Shown here: one piece after another, positions 23,681-41,035 of the stretch | Position numbering within the stretch: position 1 is the first letter of the stretch | How the letters are laid out: every line of letters starts with the position of its first letter | NCBI GenBank assembly: GCA_013265495.1 | Contig: MU058669.1 | Span: forward strand, 976,234-1,040,233 | DNA from: Vicugna vicugna | Lineage: Eukaryota | Length of the DNA stretch: 64,000 nt | Direction: 5' to 3' | Made by a program: the position numbers and the translations under genes | The notes under the pieces: model-generated | Seen by the model: only the letters and a program-made list of their open reading frames with translations | Database searches by the model: none | Told to the model about the DNA's origin: nothing

Positions 23681-26600
23681 CACTGCCCAAATGGGGGTTG
23701 CCCCCTTGTCCCTATAAACAGTAATTTCTTGAGCCAAAGACACTGTCTAGTCTGTGTATTTAGTCCAATGTTATAGACTGAATCATAAGTGAAAAGAAAT
23801 GCTTTCAGATATAGTGTTGCTGCATATTTGGACCCAGGGTAAACTTAGCCTCCTTAAGAGTTCAATTTTCCCCATCCACAAAATAAATTCATTCATGGGT
23901 AATGACCACCCTCATAGGAAAACACTGCAGAATAATTAGTCACATTATACTTACGGTACATTTATGTCAATAGGTAAGACATCTAGTTAATTATATTACC
24001 TTGCATTTGCCTAGTATTTCCGATCTTTTCAATGCTCTTTCATGTAAGTAATGACATTTGCCTGTTCTAATAACCCTGAGGATACGGTATTATCACACCA
24101 TATTATACATCTGGAAACTAAACTGGACACAAAGATTTCTCAAGGTCATATAAGAAATCAATGTCAAAGCTGGCATTGAACAAATTAGTTCAATTCCTAT
24201 ATACGCCATTCTATTAAATCTCACTGGAAAATGTCCCACTGGTCTGAAATTCTCTTAAAATCAGAATAATATATACAAATGACTAAACTTCTATTGGAAT
24301 GATCATCATAGCATTATTTTTAGGGAAAAAATTGGAAATAAATTAGATATCTAATAAAAGGAGAAGGATGGACTTAGGGTACACAAGTACAATGAGCTTT
24401 TAAGAAGATACTAAAGCTGAATGTAGAATATTCAAAGTAACACGTATGTTACACTGAGTTAAAAAAACATGTTAGAAGACATTACTATAAATCTATTCTT
24501 TTAAAATTGATTTGTTCAGGGAAAAAGATGGGAAGCTTATCCTTAGTATTGTAATTGCACAGATTTTATTTTGTTTGGTATCCATGTCCACATGGCTTTC
24601 TATAAGACACGTTTTGCTTTTGTACACAAAACAAAAGCTATTCTCAAAAGGTTCATCTCCATCAGAGAGGATCCACATAATTTCATTAGCCTCCCTCCAG
24701 CTTTCTCATTAACCCCAATTATGCCTGCATCCTCTGAGATCGGACCTCCCATGACCTTGGGCTTCGCTGTGCCCTCAGAACAGCAAACCATGACAGGCCA
24801 AGGTCACAGGAGCAGTCAGGGTTAGAAGGAGATTGCTGGTCACCTCTGGGCGCTGCACACCTTGACTGCAGCTGGCACAGAGCAGAGAGCCACTTGAAAG
24901 TGCAGAGGGCTGCATGACGCAAGCAGAAAGCACTGCCCGTGGGGATAGGGCTGCTGCCCCAGGTAGGGAATTAGAGGATCCCCAAGGGAGTGGGCAAGCA
25001 CAGTGGACAGTGGAATGAAGAGGGCCTGCCCAGCCCGCAGATGTCTGGGGCAGAACCAGAGACACAAGCCATTACCCTTCTTGGTCCCTTTAAGAGCTTA
25101 GTTTCCTCATCTGTGAAGAGGGGAGAATAAAAGGACTTACTTCATGGCGTTGGAGTGGAAAGCTGATTTGAAATCAGTGGTTATTAACTCCTTCTCATAA
25201 CTACGTATCACTGATAGAATTATCTCCTTCATTGGAAAGAACTGAAGTTCCAAAAAAGAGAATTGACTGGCCCAAGCCACGTGACGCATCAGAGGCACAG
25301 CTCAGCCTTGAACCAGAGAGCCTTTCTTTAGAAAATGAATCCTTACACCTTATTTAGGACCCTTACTGACAGTAGTCCAGAAGGAGCTGGAGTGAGCTTT
25401 TGATCTGACTTATAACTGGTTATCACCCTCATCACTTCCCAGCTACACATTTATAATAGCCTTCCATGGGAATTTACAGCGCAGCCGGCTGGCACTCTCA
25501 AAACTCATACTATCAAAGCACTACCCCATAAACAGCAGTAATGCAGGCTTATTTTCATCACTGCCACTGATGTTACATAACATACAGCTATGCATTCATT
25601 CACTCACTCATTCATTCATTTTAACCAGCACCCTTGCACACTGTTCCCTGGTGGAGAATGTGATGGGAATCTAAAGACAGCAAGGCCACTTTCCCAAGTT
25701 GCTTAGTCCTGTTGGCAGATATAATAAGAGTCCAGGTGATTAAAACCCAGCCCTAAGTGTGACACCTGCTACAGAGAAGGTACAAAAGGCCAAGGAGCAG
25801 AGGAGGGTGTGAACACGGGGAAGTAAGGAAGGATTAAGAAAAAAGACGCAAGAGCTGGGACTGACCAGAAGAACAGAATTTCAGCAAGGCAGTCGGGGAG
25901 GAGCAGTTTGCAGGTGGAGGAAACAGCTGTGTGAATTTGAGGACCACTGAGTTGTCTGGCTTGACCGGAGACCAAGATTCAGTGTAGAGTGGCCTTCCCT
26001 GCTGATAAACTAAGTGGATGATTCCTGGCCTCCGCACGCATACTCACCAGATTTCTAGGCGCGGTACTGGCTCAGCCTCCAGTCTCCAGGAGCACACCCA
26101 CGGACACACCACAGAGCCACACAGGACAACTCACCCCTACACCCAGCCGTCATTTTCCCCTGACCCCCAACATCTGTCCCCATCCCTCTGCCTGCCTGCC
26201 AGACTCTGTCCCAAATTGGTGACAGCAGTAAAGGAACAAAGATCATTGCTGCATTAGCAAAAAGCATCCAGGGAACGTGAAAGTGGCAAAGTGCTCCCAA
26301 GCATCTGATTCCCGGTGAGAAAACAGACACCTGAACGTGACACATCTCTGCTTAGAACCCTCAGTGGGTTTCCCACAGCTCTTGGGCTGAAGATCAAAAC
26401 CTATCACAGGACCCACCAGGCTTGGCCCCACGCTTTCCACATCCCTTCCTCCCTCCATCAGCCCTTGGCCCAGGAAGCTTCTAGAATATTCCTCTCTCTC
26501 CAACACCACATCACTGAAAGCCTTCATTTCAAACAGCCATTCAAGCCATTCATCTCTTGGCCTGAAGCTGGTTCCTCTGTCATGTGCTTTCACTGAATCA

Positions 26601-27070
26601 CGGGCCTTTCTTTCACGTCTTTATCCCAAGCTATAATGATGCACTCATTTGTACATTTATTTGACTAGCCGGTAAGCTCCAGGAGCGCAGGGCTGCTTCC
26701 TGCTGTTCACAAGAGTAAGCACTCCATAAACACCTGTTAAATGTTGAATGAATGTACCCGAGGCCCACAGTCTTTTTTTTTTAATACCCCTGCGTTTGTG
26801 TACAAATGTAGCTTGGATGTGCATCTTGGTGGGGGGAGGTTCAGAGCTTTTTCTCTTGCTTACACCTGGAATTTTCCACACACTCTCGTCATAGAGATAG
26901 AGCCCTCGAAGGACTCTCAGAGATCAGAGAAGCTTCCTTGTATAAATGAGCATGAGGGGTGCTTCTCTAAAGTCACACATGAATGGTTCCAGAAAATAGT
27001 CCAGCATTTGAGCCTGTGTCTTCAAACCCCAACGCAAGTCAATGCAATATGCTTTTCACTGATTGAACTT

Positions 27071-27072
<2 letters not shown>

Positions 27073-27104
<32 letters not shown>

Positions 27105-27225
27105 CTATCTTCCTGTTTACAATCTAACTGCCCTTCTAAATTCAACTCAGATGTTCTTGTTTTATGAAACCTGGTCTGAATTCTTCCAACTGGAGGTTTT
27201 CCTTCCCTCCTCTGAATGTGTGTGT

Positions 27226-27264
<39 letters not shown>

Positions 27265-27342
27265 CGTTACAGAGAGAGAGAGGCGGGAAGTGCAGAGAAC
27301 CTCTCCATTCCATCAGTTTTTGTGTGTGTGTGTGTGTGTGTG
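27073..27342. repeat. Cluster of three (TG)n microsatellites
   Basis: Tracts at 27073-27102, 27217-27258 and 27321-27342. Confidence 0.95.
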
Positions 27343-29342
27343 CCTACCTATTTTCTCTATAAGAACCTGAGCCTCTTAAGGGGAGAATCAATGCCTAATG
27401 CATTTTATTTTCCTCAGTTCCTAGTGTAATGCCTTGTAATGGCAAATGGATTTTATCTCTTGCATCAACTTCAACTCTGACCAATCTGTAGTAGCTGCCT
27501 GGAATGCTCTGGTGAGAGGGAATTTAAGACCATGTCTAGATTCATTGGGAAAGAATTTTGTAATCAATGAGTGCTGTCTGCAAGGGTTTGAAAGAGGGAA
27601 ATACAGGTCCATACGCTCCACAGAGGGCAATAATAGAAGTGCTCTGAAGGAATGCATGAAAAAATAAATGAATCTTAACAGCTTCCCAAGCCCTATATGA
27701 CTACTTTGTCTTCAGCATCCAAGAGACTAGTAATCTCACCCATCTCAGCAGAAGTTTTCAAACTAGTCAGGGGAAGCAATGTTTGCAAACACTGTTCTGC
27801 ACACAAAACACTGATGATCATCAATGTTATTATGCTAAGAATGAAGAATCAACCACAGACAACGCTGAGGCCTGTTTGTTTCAAAGTGAGGGCATAGGTG
27901 AAGGTGGAGAAACCACAATCAGATTGTGACATCCACCAGGCAAATGAATGCAGGCATCCATCATTTAAGTGAGAACACCAGTAGGGAGGCAAGAGACAAA
28001 CTGAACTCCCCACCTCGCAGAAACGGACCAATGCCAGAGAGGTTAAGATGACGGGAGGAGAAATAGTGTGACTTTACCTACCTGGAACACCTTCCTCCTA
28101 CATCACTATCAAAATCTGCTCCACCCGTCAATGCCTGCTCCATTTCCACCTCCCCCGAGAAGGATTCCTTATCCGCAGCCATCTGCTCCTGCCTCCAAAG
28201 TCTTAGCACTTAATCCTGAATCATAAACCCCATCTCTTTGGGCGCTTCTTGTGTTGGGCTCTATTCCCGCTGTGTCACTGTTTTGTGTGTCCATATCGTC
28301 CTAGATTTTGACAGGGTGGAAGCTCACTGAGTTTTGGAGTCTCCAAAGCTGGATTCCCATACTAGCTTAGGCTCTTATGCACTGTGTAATATGGAGAAGA
28401 TACTTCATCATTATCACTCTCAGTGGCATCATCTCTAAAATGGGGATAATAACCTCTCGAGATCATTACAAGCATAAATAAGACATGTGTGAAGTCCCTG
28501 GCACAGAGGAGGTCTTCAAAATAATCCTTGTTTACCCCACCACCAACCCTGCATGCTTTTCTTGAGAGCAGGAGTTACATAACTTTTGTGCCGTCTACTG
28601 GATGTTGCAGAGGGAGGAATAGATATGATTAGAATGAAATAATAAAATGGCAGGTGCTGAAGGATGTGAGTCCAATGTAAGCATATTGGCCTGTTGACAG
28701 GCCCTAACACGTAACATAGTTTTGTCATACTGGCCACACGTATGATAAGGAGCAGTCAGGACTTTGGTAAACTTGAGAGTTTATGCCTTCTACTTAAAGC
28801 AGGCAGCACTTCTGAGCTCCAGATAATAGAAGCTGAGCAGGAATGTGGGTCCAGGGTTGCCTGATGCCCTAACTTTTTTCAGAGAAGCCAGAAATTTAGA
28901 TGTTTATGTCAAAATTTGAAAAGCACTGTGCCGCTCAAGCAAAACAAGTCTCTGGACTGTTAGTCTGCACCTCTGAAAATGGTGAGGGATGCTCCAGCAA
29001 GAGCGAAGAGGCCATTTGTCTGTTGCCAGTGCCTAAAGCCTTGTTAGAATGCCCTCAGGCTTCCTAAGTAGGTCCACAGCAGAGGGAGACCCACTAGAAA
29101 CAAGCATGTTGCCCTCCACCTGATTGTCATGTAGGCCTTTGACATCTTCATGCTGTGTGATTACTTGATTCCTGGAAATATTTGTTCATTTGTGTTAAGG
29201 GAATAGCCCTGTGCCAGGTGTTCTTGGCAACACCAAAATGTAGCTATACCTGGTCATTCTGAACAGCAGTTCACATTCTGGTGGCCGAGGTGACCTGTCA
29301 CTACACGATACAGGCAATACTTCAGGACAAATCCACTGGAGC

Positions 29343-29595
29343 TTAAAAACTCACTGCTTTTAGGAGCCAGGCAGGTAAAGAAAATGAGAGGAGTGGGCTG
29401 GCTGAGAAGGAAGCCTATCCAGATGGGACACTCTCATCCTAGCCAATTGGAGCTATATAGACCAGGGTCCAGTGTTCACAGATCATTTGAAATTTCAAAA
29501 AGAGATAAGATACCCACACTGCGATGTGAAATTCCATGATTCTTAAACACTCTGCTGAAAGTGGCTTGTGGATGGACATTGGGTGACTTCTGCAG
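29343..29595. mobile_element. Old hAT element (MER102-like); related fragments at ~28690-28975 and ~41441-41815
   Basis: Shared motifs ccaggcaggtaa, tccag.gtt.c..gat, and aaat(c)cagattttatgtgaaat-like text. The family name is from memory. Confidence 0.4.
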
Positions 29596-32234
29596 CATTT
29601 GATAACTGGCAAATGAGAGGCTCAATCTTCAACATGGAGTGCCCTGGGGGTTCCAAGCAGGGGAAAAACTGGGTGAAGAGTTCTCTTTTCTTTTGCATGT
29701 GCTGTTCCCTCTGCCTGGAACACACTTGCCTCCAGTGTTTCTGGCCCCCTTGCCTTGACCTCTTGGAAAGCTCCCATTTATCACTGAGCCTCAGTTCAAT
29801 CACCACCCTCCGAGTGGCCAACTCGGCTTCTCAAAGCAGCTCTAACACTCCCGACAAATGGCTGCTCTAACACCAACATCATTACATTTTAATTTTCCCT
29901 TTACAGGACAGTTGGCCTCACTAGGGGTAAAGTCTTCCCGGGCAGGGAACATGTCTTACTTTTGTCTGCATTTCTAGTGCTGAACACCACACCAGGGCTT
30001 GGTGAAGGGCTCAAAAACGCTTGCTAAAGGATTGGAAGATTCTTTAGATGAAAGAGATTCTCGAAGTGTGATCCCCATACTAACTGCTACAGAATCTCCT
30101 CAAGGCTAGCTCTTAAATATTCTGATTCAGGAAGTCTAGAGTCTGCCCCTGATTCTTGCTTTAAACAAGCTCCCTGGGTGACTTTTATGTGCATTGAAGT
30201 ATGAGGACCTCTGAGCTAAACTGTAAGCCCCACAAGGAAAGAAGCTGTGTCTTCTTTGTTGTCCATTATATTCCTAGCACCTGGCACAGTGCTGGGCACA
30301 AAGTAAGCATTCAGCATGTGTTTGCTGGATAAATAAATGGATGGATAAATAAAAAAAAATAAGAATTCAGTTGTAACAGTTCTCCTGAGACCTCTAATAG
30401 AAACCCCAATTAGTATTTCATCTGTCCCTTCATTTATACTTACCATAAAGGCACCAAAAGAAGCTGAGCAGCTGGCCAGTAACTGCCAGCTCTATGGGCA
30501 GGCTCCTTAACTCCTGCCCCAGTGGGGTTGGAAGAGTGCCCAGAGGAGACCCCACCACTTTATCCCTTAATGATGGTGGAAAAGGGAAGCAAGAAAGATG
30601 GGAAGCAAAGAAGACACAAAACCCTCATCTTGGCCAGAGGTATCAGCAGTACTCTCCCCTGCACCCCCCACCCAATGACGACCACTCTGCCTTTCCAATC
30701 AATCCCCTGTTGCAAATACATCTCGCAGGAATAGTTGCTCTTACACTTCCTCTCCTTTCCCTTCTCCACCCTCTGGTGGAGGGATAATGAATAGCAAAAC
30801 GTATGGGGGAAAAATCAAATGACAGGAAAAATTATGAAAAAACAAAGATTTGGTTATTTTCTGGAGGTAGGACTGGGGCATTTAATTTAAGGTTAACCAC
30901 TAGTCCAGAGTTTTTAAAAAGCACATGAAATTAAATCTGAATTAAGATGCTTTTCTTGGTTTTCCATAATGGTTAGTTAACACATCCTACCTAAAACCTC
31001 TCTGCTCCCTTTGACATGTTTTACTCAATTTAAATTGGGACAGATTTCAATTTTCCCGGATCAATGTGCTGCGGTGAATGTAGCCCCAAAGGGTTCCCTA
31101 GATTCATATGAAAGTTAACAGAATATCTTCCAGGGCAGGCTGGGAATTACAATGCCACCATTACCACCCCAGTCCCCTCTCAGATCTTGCAGCCAAACAG
31201 GAGAAACCGAAGGTCTAAGAACAAGATAACATTATTGCTTCTCAGGCAATGCCCCCAGCAGTGTCCCTACTGGACTGTAAACTAAGAGCAAGGACCTTTT
31301 TTTCATTTCTGTTTTCCCAATCAACGACCATATCAGTTCATAGCATCGAAGAACCATTTAAAGAATGGCCAAATTCATAGAAATCTATACGCTGGTATAT
31401 GGTAGGAATCAAGTTCAAGAACCTAGGTTCACTAACCAATGGATGACATTGGATCATATTTCTATCTTCCCAATAAGTGGCCAACAACCCAATTAGAGAT
31501 CAAGTCTTAGGTTGTTAAGTTAATGATGCAGAGCATCACCTTTTGCCTCAGGAAATTTCCTCCCATTTTTGCCTTTTATTATCTTGTCCGGTCACTCGGC
31601 ATCTTGACACTAGAACAGCAGTTAGCATCTCTTTCCACCAAGCTCTGTTATAGACAGTTCTCAGCAGTATGAATGACTCTATCTGCCAGCCATTTATTAT
31701 GGATTCCCTAAGCGAGTGATCCTTCTTGAGTACTGGACCCCTTTGAGAGGATGACAAAAGCAATGGACCCTCTCCCCGACAAATAAATTAGCATCTATAC
31801 CTGTATGCAAAAGTTATGTGTCATCTCTGGTAGTTTTTAGATACCTTGATATCCACACCCAAATCCTCCCCTTAAAGATCCTCCTCCGAGCCATATCAAA
31901 AGAAATGCGAGGTTATCTGTTAGCTAAATACCTACTCAATATTATTTTAGCTTTCCAGGGAGATGGTTTCAGAGAACTACAATTCAACAATTAAACTTCA
32001 GCTCTCTTTTTAAGGGTGATGAGTAACACAGTTGACAAGATTTTTAACCTCAGCATTACCAAAATGCAGCATTGCTGTTTTATTTATTCAGGGGGTCACT
32101 CCTGTGCAAAATCACAGCTCCACTTTGAAGCACTATAAGGTTTCCTCCTTAGGTGCTGTTCACAGACCACTGCGTTACAAGACTCTGAAAACTCCCGTTG
32201 GTTTGTTGGTGATCTGTGCATCTATCACGGTGCC

Positions 32235-32445
32235 CAGGAACATGGGCCTTGGGGTCACAAGACCACCAGTGACTTCCTAGGTGACCTTGGGAAAGTTACA
32301 TAACCTGTTGTAGCCTTAGTTTTCTCATCTCTAAAAGGAAGATAACAGAGAGCACTACAGGGCTCCTGTGAGGATTAAATAAGTAGCACACGAAAAGCAG
32401 TTAGGGTACTGCGCGGGCCACGGCGGGTGCTCGGTCGGTGGTGAT
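32235..32445 (+). mobile_element. MIR SINE with a GC-shifted 3' end
   Basis: gtgaccttgggaaagttacataacc...ttagttttctcatctctaaaagga...tgtgaggattaaataag. Confidence 0.7.
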
Positions 32446-32536
32446 GAATGTGACAATAATTGCCCCCAGAATACTTATCACAGTTCTTGAAACACAGTTA
32501 GGTCCTCAATAAATGGAATTTGGGATAATTATAATT

Positions 32537-33018
32537 CTTTGTTTATTGAAGTATAGTTGATTTACAATGTTTCAGGTGTACAACAAAGTCAGTTTTATAT
32601 ATATATATGTGTGTGTGTATATATATATGTATACACATTTTATTTCAGGTATTATATTTTTAAAATTTTTATTTCCAATTTTATACTTTTCCAGTATAGA
32701 TTATTGCAAGATATTAAATATAGATCCCTGTGCTATACAGTAGGATCTTGTTGCTTATCTGTTTTATGTATGGTAATGTGTATCCAGTTATCCCAGACTC
32801 CTCATTTATCCCTCCCCACCCCTTGCCCCTTCGGTAACCATAAGTTTGTTTTCTATGTATGTGAGTCTATTTCAGTTTTGTAAATAAGTTCATTTGTACC
32901 ATTTTTTTAGATATCATATGATATTTGTCTTTGACTTACTTCACTTAGTATGATCATTACTAGGTCCCTCTATGTTGCTGCAAATGGCACTATTTCCTTC
33001 TTTCTTATGGCTGAGTAA
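32537..33018 (-). mobile_element. 5'-truncated L1 3' end
   Basis: tttattgaagtatagttgatttacaatg...tggctgagtaa. Degenerate flanking repeat tgggataattataattctt / tgggaataatcataagtctt. Confidence 0.88.
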
Positions 33019-34110
33019 GTAATGGGAATAATCATAAGTCTTGGAATTCGTATATACATTATGAGTGGTCTTACGGATAGAGAGCAGGCTAAATTCTCAT
33101 TCTGAGCCTTCAAAGCAGATTCAGCTCAAATCACTGAGAGCTCACAATGAGGGGAAAGTGGGAAAGAGATGAAGGAAATACGGTGGATACCTTCTGCCAT
33201 CCACAGCTCAGCAGAACTCACCCAGTCCACAGTGGCACACAAAGCCCCTGGTACCAATTTAATCCAGTTTCCAGTTGTTCATGCCCATTCAGCTCACGCT
33301 TCCACACCATGAATTCCCAGCTGAGCTTAATCCCTGGAGGGAAACTGTCTCCACTGGTTAATGTTTACGCTTTCACCTGTCTTAAGATGACAATCATGCA
33401 ACCAAACACGTTTCCTTTTCAGTCCTAGTTGTCAGAAAAACTCAGAATGCTGCTTGTTGCCCACATTTTATAATGCATTCAGTTCAGACGGCAGAAATTC
33501 GTCTCTCCTTTCTCTTTCTTGAGGTCACCTCTGTTCTTTGTGCTCAAAGGCCATCTTAAAAAAGCTGTGCAAGCCATCAATGACTTCCAAGCATTTTGGA
33601 AATAATCAAGGCATCAATTTTTGAATAACTATTGGTCATTTCTAGAATATGGGAAACCAAATATACACCTTCTCAGGTATCCTTTCTTACCAAGCCACAG
33701 GGACATATTCTCCTTTCAACCACGCACAGGAAAGGCGTCAGCATTTTAAACCACATTCTCCAAGTCAGAACCTTTAATTCTACATCTCTCAGAAGTTTCC
33801 CACGTGGGCAACTCTCTCAGCCAAACCAGAAAGCCTCTGTGGGGTAGGGGAGAGGCAGTCCACCCAGTACCCATCGTGCTGGCATTTAAAGTTAGCTGAC
33901 AGTGAAAAAGCCAACCCAGTCTATGAAGCATGGCAGGATCTAAAATACCAACTGATGGAATCCCTCAAAAGGCCCTGGAAATTTTTCTTGGAGGGCTTTC
34001 TGTTATGAAGACCGATGACAACTCGTCATTTTGGCAACACCACCACCTACACACAGGCCCTCTCTTTGCTGGTCAATCGCGGAAAGAAATCTCACAAAAA
34101 GAAGCAATTA

Positions 34111-37752
<3,642 letters not shown>

Positions 37753-37807
37753 GCTAATACCCACCGCGGAGCCTGCTCCGAGCTCCCCAGCTGACCTCCT
37801 CTCCCTT

Positions 37808-37808
<1 letters not shown>

Positions 37809-37840
<32 letters not shown>
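37809..37840. repeat. Poly-C/poly-G homopolymer (32 nt)
   Basis: Read directly from the sequence. Confidence 0.95.
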
Positions 37841-39921
37841 ACCCCAGCCCGGCAGATGGGGCTGGGAATGTGGGTTCGGCTGTAAGTCAGTAGGTGGCAG
37901 GGGGTCCCCACATTCGTGCTCCATCCACCTTCTGCTTGATCTAGGTCACTTTTTCTAGGAGCTCGAGGGCTGTGCTGGATATATCTCCTGCACTCCACTG
38001 GCCCAATTATTCCTACAACTAATTCCTGAGGGGAAGACCCTAGAAATTCCTCCTAGGAGCTTTAAAGGAAAAAAATACTGAAATAAATAAATAAATAAGC
38101 TCCCCCACGTCCACATTGGGAGGAATGATAGAAACACAAACCCAAGGACCCAGACTGACTGACAAGTGTCTTGACTTGGACCTCTGGCGATCCCTGCTGC
38201 CTTTACAAGGGGAATTGGTGGTCTCTTAAATCCTGGGCGTTTCAAACGAGCCCCCTTCAGCTCCTTGCCCTGCATTCCACAGGAGTCTACAGCATCAGAA
38301 CTGTGTGGGTGTACAATAAAAGCTAAGGATACTTACACAGAGCGATGACATGAGTCATTTTGCAGGGGTTCTAGTGAGAGGATCCGGGCTTCTTTCAGTG
38401 ATCGCTGGATGCTGGCTGGTCGTGTCTAGTGTAAACTGGAACTCCACGGCCCCTCCTGGAGCGGGGCTTCTGCTGAAACAACCTGTAAAGAGAACAGCTG
38501 TGTTCGGGGAAGTCTGTGGGTTGCAAAGCAACAGTCCAAACAGTCACAGAGCACTTTACAGTTTCTGAAGCAACTTCACAGGGTTATCTTGCTCTCTCCT
38601 CACACCAGCCCTGGGGAGTGGCCACGACCCTTATTTTACAGCTGAGAAAAGCCCAAGGCTCCAGGGATTAAATCCTAAAGACCCAGGCCTGCTAAAATGG
38701 AGTCTGGGCCTTGAGAAACAACATACAGTTCAACCTGTGAAACTGAATGCTCTGGGAATTACCAACTGGCCCACTGCCCTGGTCAAAGCTCCCACCCAAC
38801 AGAAGAAAATCCAAGAAAAGGGAAAGTCCATTTTTTCTCAGTTATAACAGGGGAGAATAGCCTTTGGACCTGATTTTGCTTTGCCACTTGACTAGGCCAT
38901 TTTATCAAAACCTCCTCTTTTCTCTCACCAAGATTACATAATCACATACACACGCCGGACAGCTACAAGGGCTGGTATTTGCAAGGAATACCTGACTGTT
39001 TGATGGAGCCCCTAAACTAGGAACAACTTGGCGATCAGGTGCTTTATGATTTCCTGTGCACTTTCACATATATTAATTAGCTCAAGTGATTTTACAGCTA
39101 ATGTTTATTCATTTACCACGGGAGGTCCCACGCTAAGCAATGTTACATGCATCATTTACTTATGCAATAATGCCTGTGGTGGGTAATCTAATCCCAGTTT
39201 TATGGATAAACTGAGGCCTGGTCATTTATCCCAGTTTCCCTGCTAGCAGGGAAGGGACTGGGGGGTTTGAACACAGGGAACTCTACCATCGGACCCAAGC
39301 TATTAATGCTCAGGCTCTCACAGCAGGAAGGACTGGGCAGGGACTTTCTCGAGGTAGTGTCACTGTCAGCTCGGGAAGGTGGGAGAACAGATCAGGAAAG
39401 ATCACTTTTAAGGTCGCTGCCAACATTTAGAGTCTGATACAAGGATTCCATCTTATAATTTCTTCATCTGCATTTTTTTGTCTCTTACTATTTTGAATGG
39501 TACCTGGGGATCTTTTAAGTTCTCTGAGCTTGGTGCCTGGTAATAATAATAATTAGGCTGTCACTAAAAGCTTCACACTTCTGTCACCTTTCAGAGCAAG
39601 ATCTCAAAGCCCTTCACAAGGATTAATTAGCAAAACCTCAGTGCCTACCTCTAATGGGTAAGAATTGTTTTGCTTACTTTGGAGCAGAGGGACTTACAGG
39701 AGTCAAAATGCTACATTTTCTATAATCATTATAAATCATGTAGTCAAACAGATTTTCCTAAAATATAGCTCTAACTATGTCATTAACCTGCTCAAATATG
39801 GTCAGTGGCTCCCCTTGGCCTATTAAATGCGTAATTATTCAATGATCAAGTAAACGTGGAGCTTACGTATTTCAAACTTGGGCATGTAGGTCAAATTACA
39901 TTTAGGCTCACCTGTTTATTT

Positions 39922-40450
39922 TTATTCAAATATTGATGGAGAACCTAACTCCGTATCCGACAGTGTTGGGTGTGGGGATTCATGGAAAGGAATCGGGCAC
40001 ACTTTCTGCCTTAAGGCAGGTGCATGTGGTTGAAGAGGGATACAGAGGAACCCAGCCAACTGCCATCCAGGGCTGACCATGGCCCATGCTCTAACAGATG
40101 TGGACTCAACGCTGGGGTGCACAGAAGGAAGGAAGCGCCCGATATGTCTGTCTGTGGGAAGCCAGCAGGGCTCCAAAAGAGCTGAGCCATGAAGGAGGAG
40201 ACACAGGCAGAAGGTGAGGGCTGAGGGAAGACACTGAACCGAGGGAAGAGCACCTGCAAGGGTAGAAGCTGGGAGAGGACACGGCATGTTCCGTGAGCCT
40301 GGAGCCATGCTGCAGACTGGGAAGAGCGGGTAGGGGAATGTGAAACCCACAAGAGGGCAGGGTCAGGACCTGGAAGCCACCGACTTCCTGGCAGGGAGTG
40401 GAGAGCCGTGGGACGTTTTTAGTGTGATAGTCAGTGACCATGAATGTACG
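39922..40450 (-). mobile_element. L2 fragment
   Basis: tttattcaaatattgatggagaaccta...gagggaagagcacctgcaagggtagaag...ggcatgttccgtgag. Confidence 0.55.
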
Positions 40451-40827
40451 TGAGGAAGAAGAGAACGACCACTGGTGGAAGGTGCTTTTCTTACATCTCA
40501 GCCTCAGAGATTGGGACTGCACATCCTTCATTCCCTGAGTAACCTATTCTGATGTCATCCGTCAGTAGCTGTTTCATGCTGTCCCCTCCCTACAGCTCCC
40601 AGGCTTACTTGCCACCCCCAGTATCGGTCTGGGAAAGCTTGACTGTTCATAGTCTGTTGCAAATGATGGCAACCACATTCTCCAGATTCATGCTAACCTG
40701 TGATTTACACAGCATCTGGACACCTGGCATCTCATTTCATCCTCCCAACAACCCCACAAGGATAGGAATTAGAACCTGCTTTAGAGGTTAAGTAAGGCTT
40801 AGAGTGACTAGGTGGTTAGTGGAAGAC

Positions 40828-41035
40828 AGTAGTTACCAGCTGGCAGTGGGTTCCTCTCCCATGGGATATTTGCCAATGTATGGAGACTTTTCCATTCTCA
40901 CAACGGGGGAGGTGCCCCTCACATCTGGTAGTTAGAGGCAAGGGACACTGCTGAACATCCTACGATGTGCAGGACAGCCCTCACAACAAAAAATGACGTG
41001 GTCCAAAGTGTCAGTAGAGCTGAGATTGAAACACC
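40828..41035 (+). mobile_element. MER20
   Basis: ggatatttgccaatgtatggagac...catctggtagttagaggcaaggga..ctgctgaacatcctac...gtcagtagagctgagattgaaac. Confidence 0.75.

Noticed and set aside
26055..26066. 12-nt sequence (ctaggcgcggta) whose pre-mRNA copy is complementary to exon 1
   Set aside because: One 12-mer match between an 82-nt exon and 64 kb is close to chance expectation, and it does not extend cleanly.
26042..26248. Strong minus-strand donor CTG|gtgagt with a possible 201-nt poison exon
   Set aside because: The upstream acceptor (tttttgctaatgcag) is weak, and consensus donors are common in long introns. There is no independent support.
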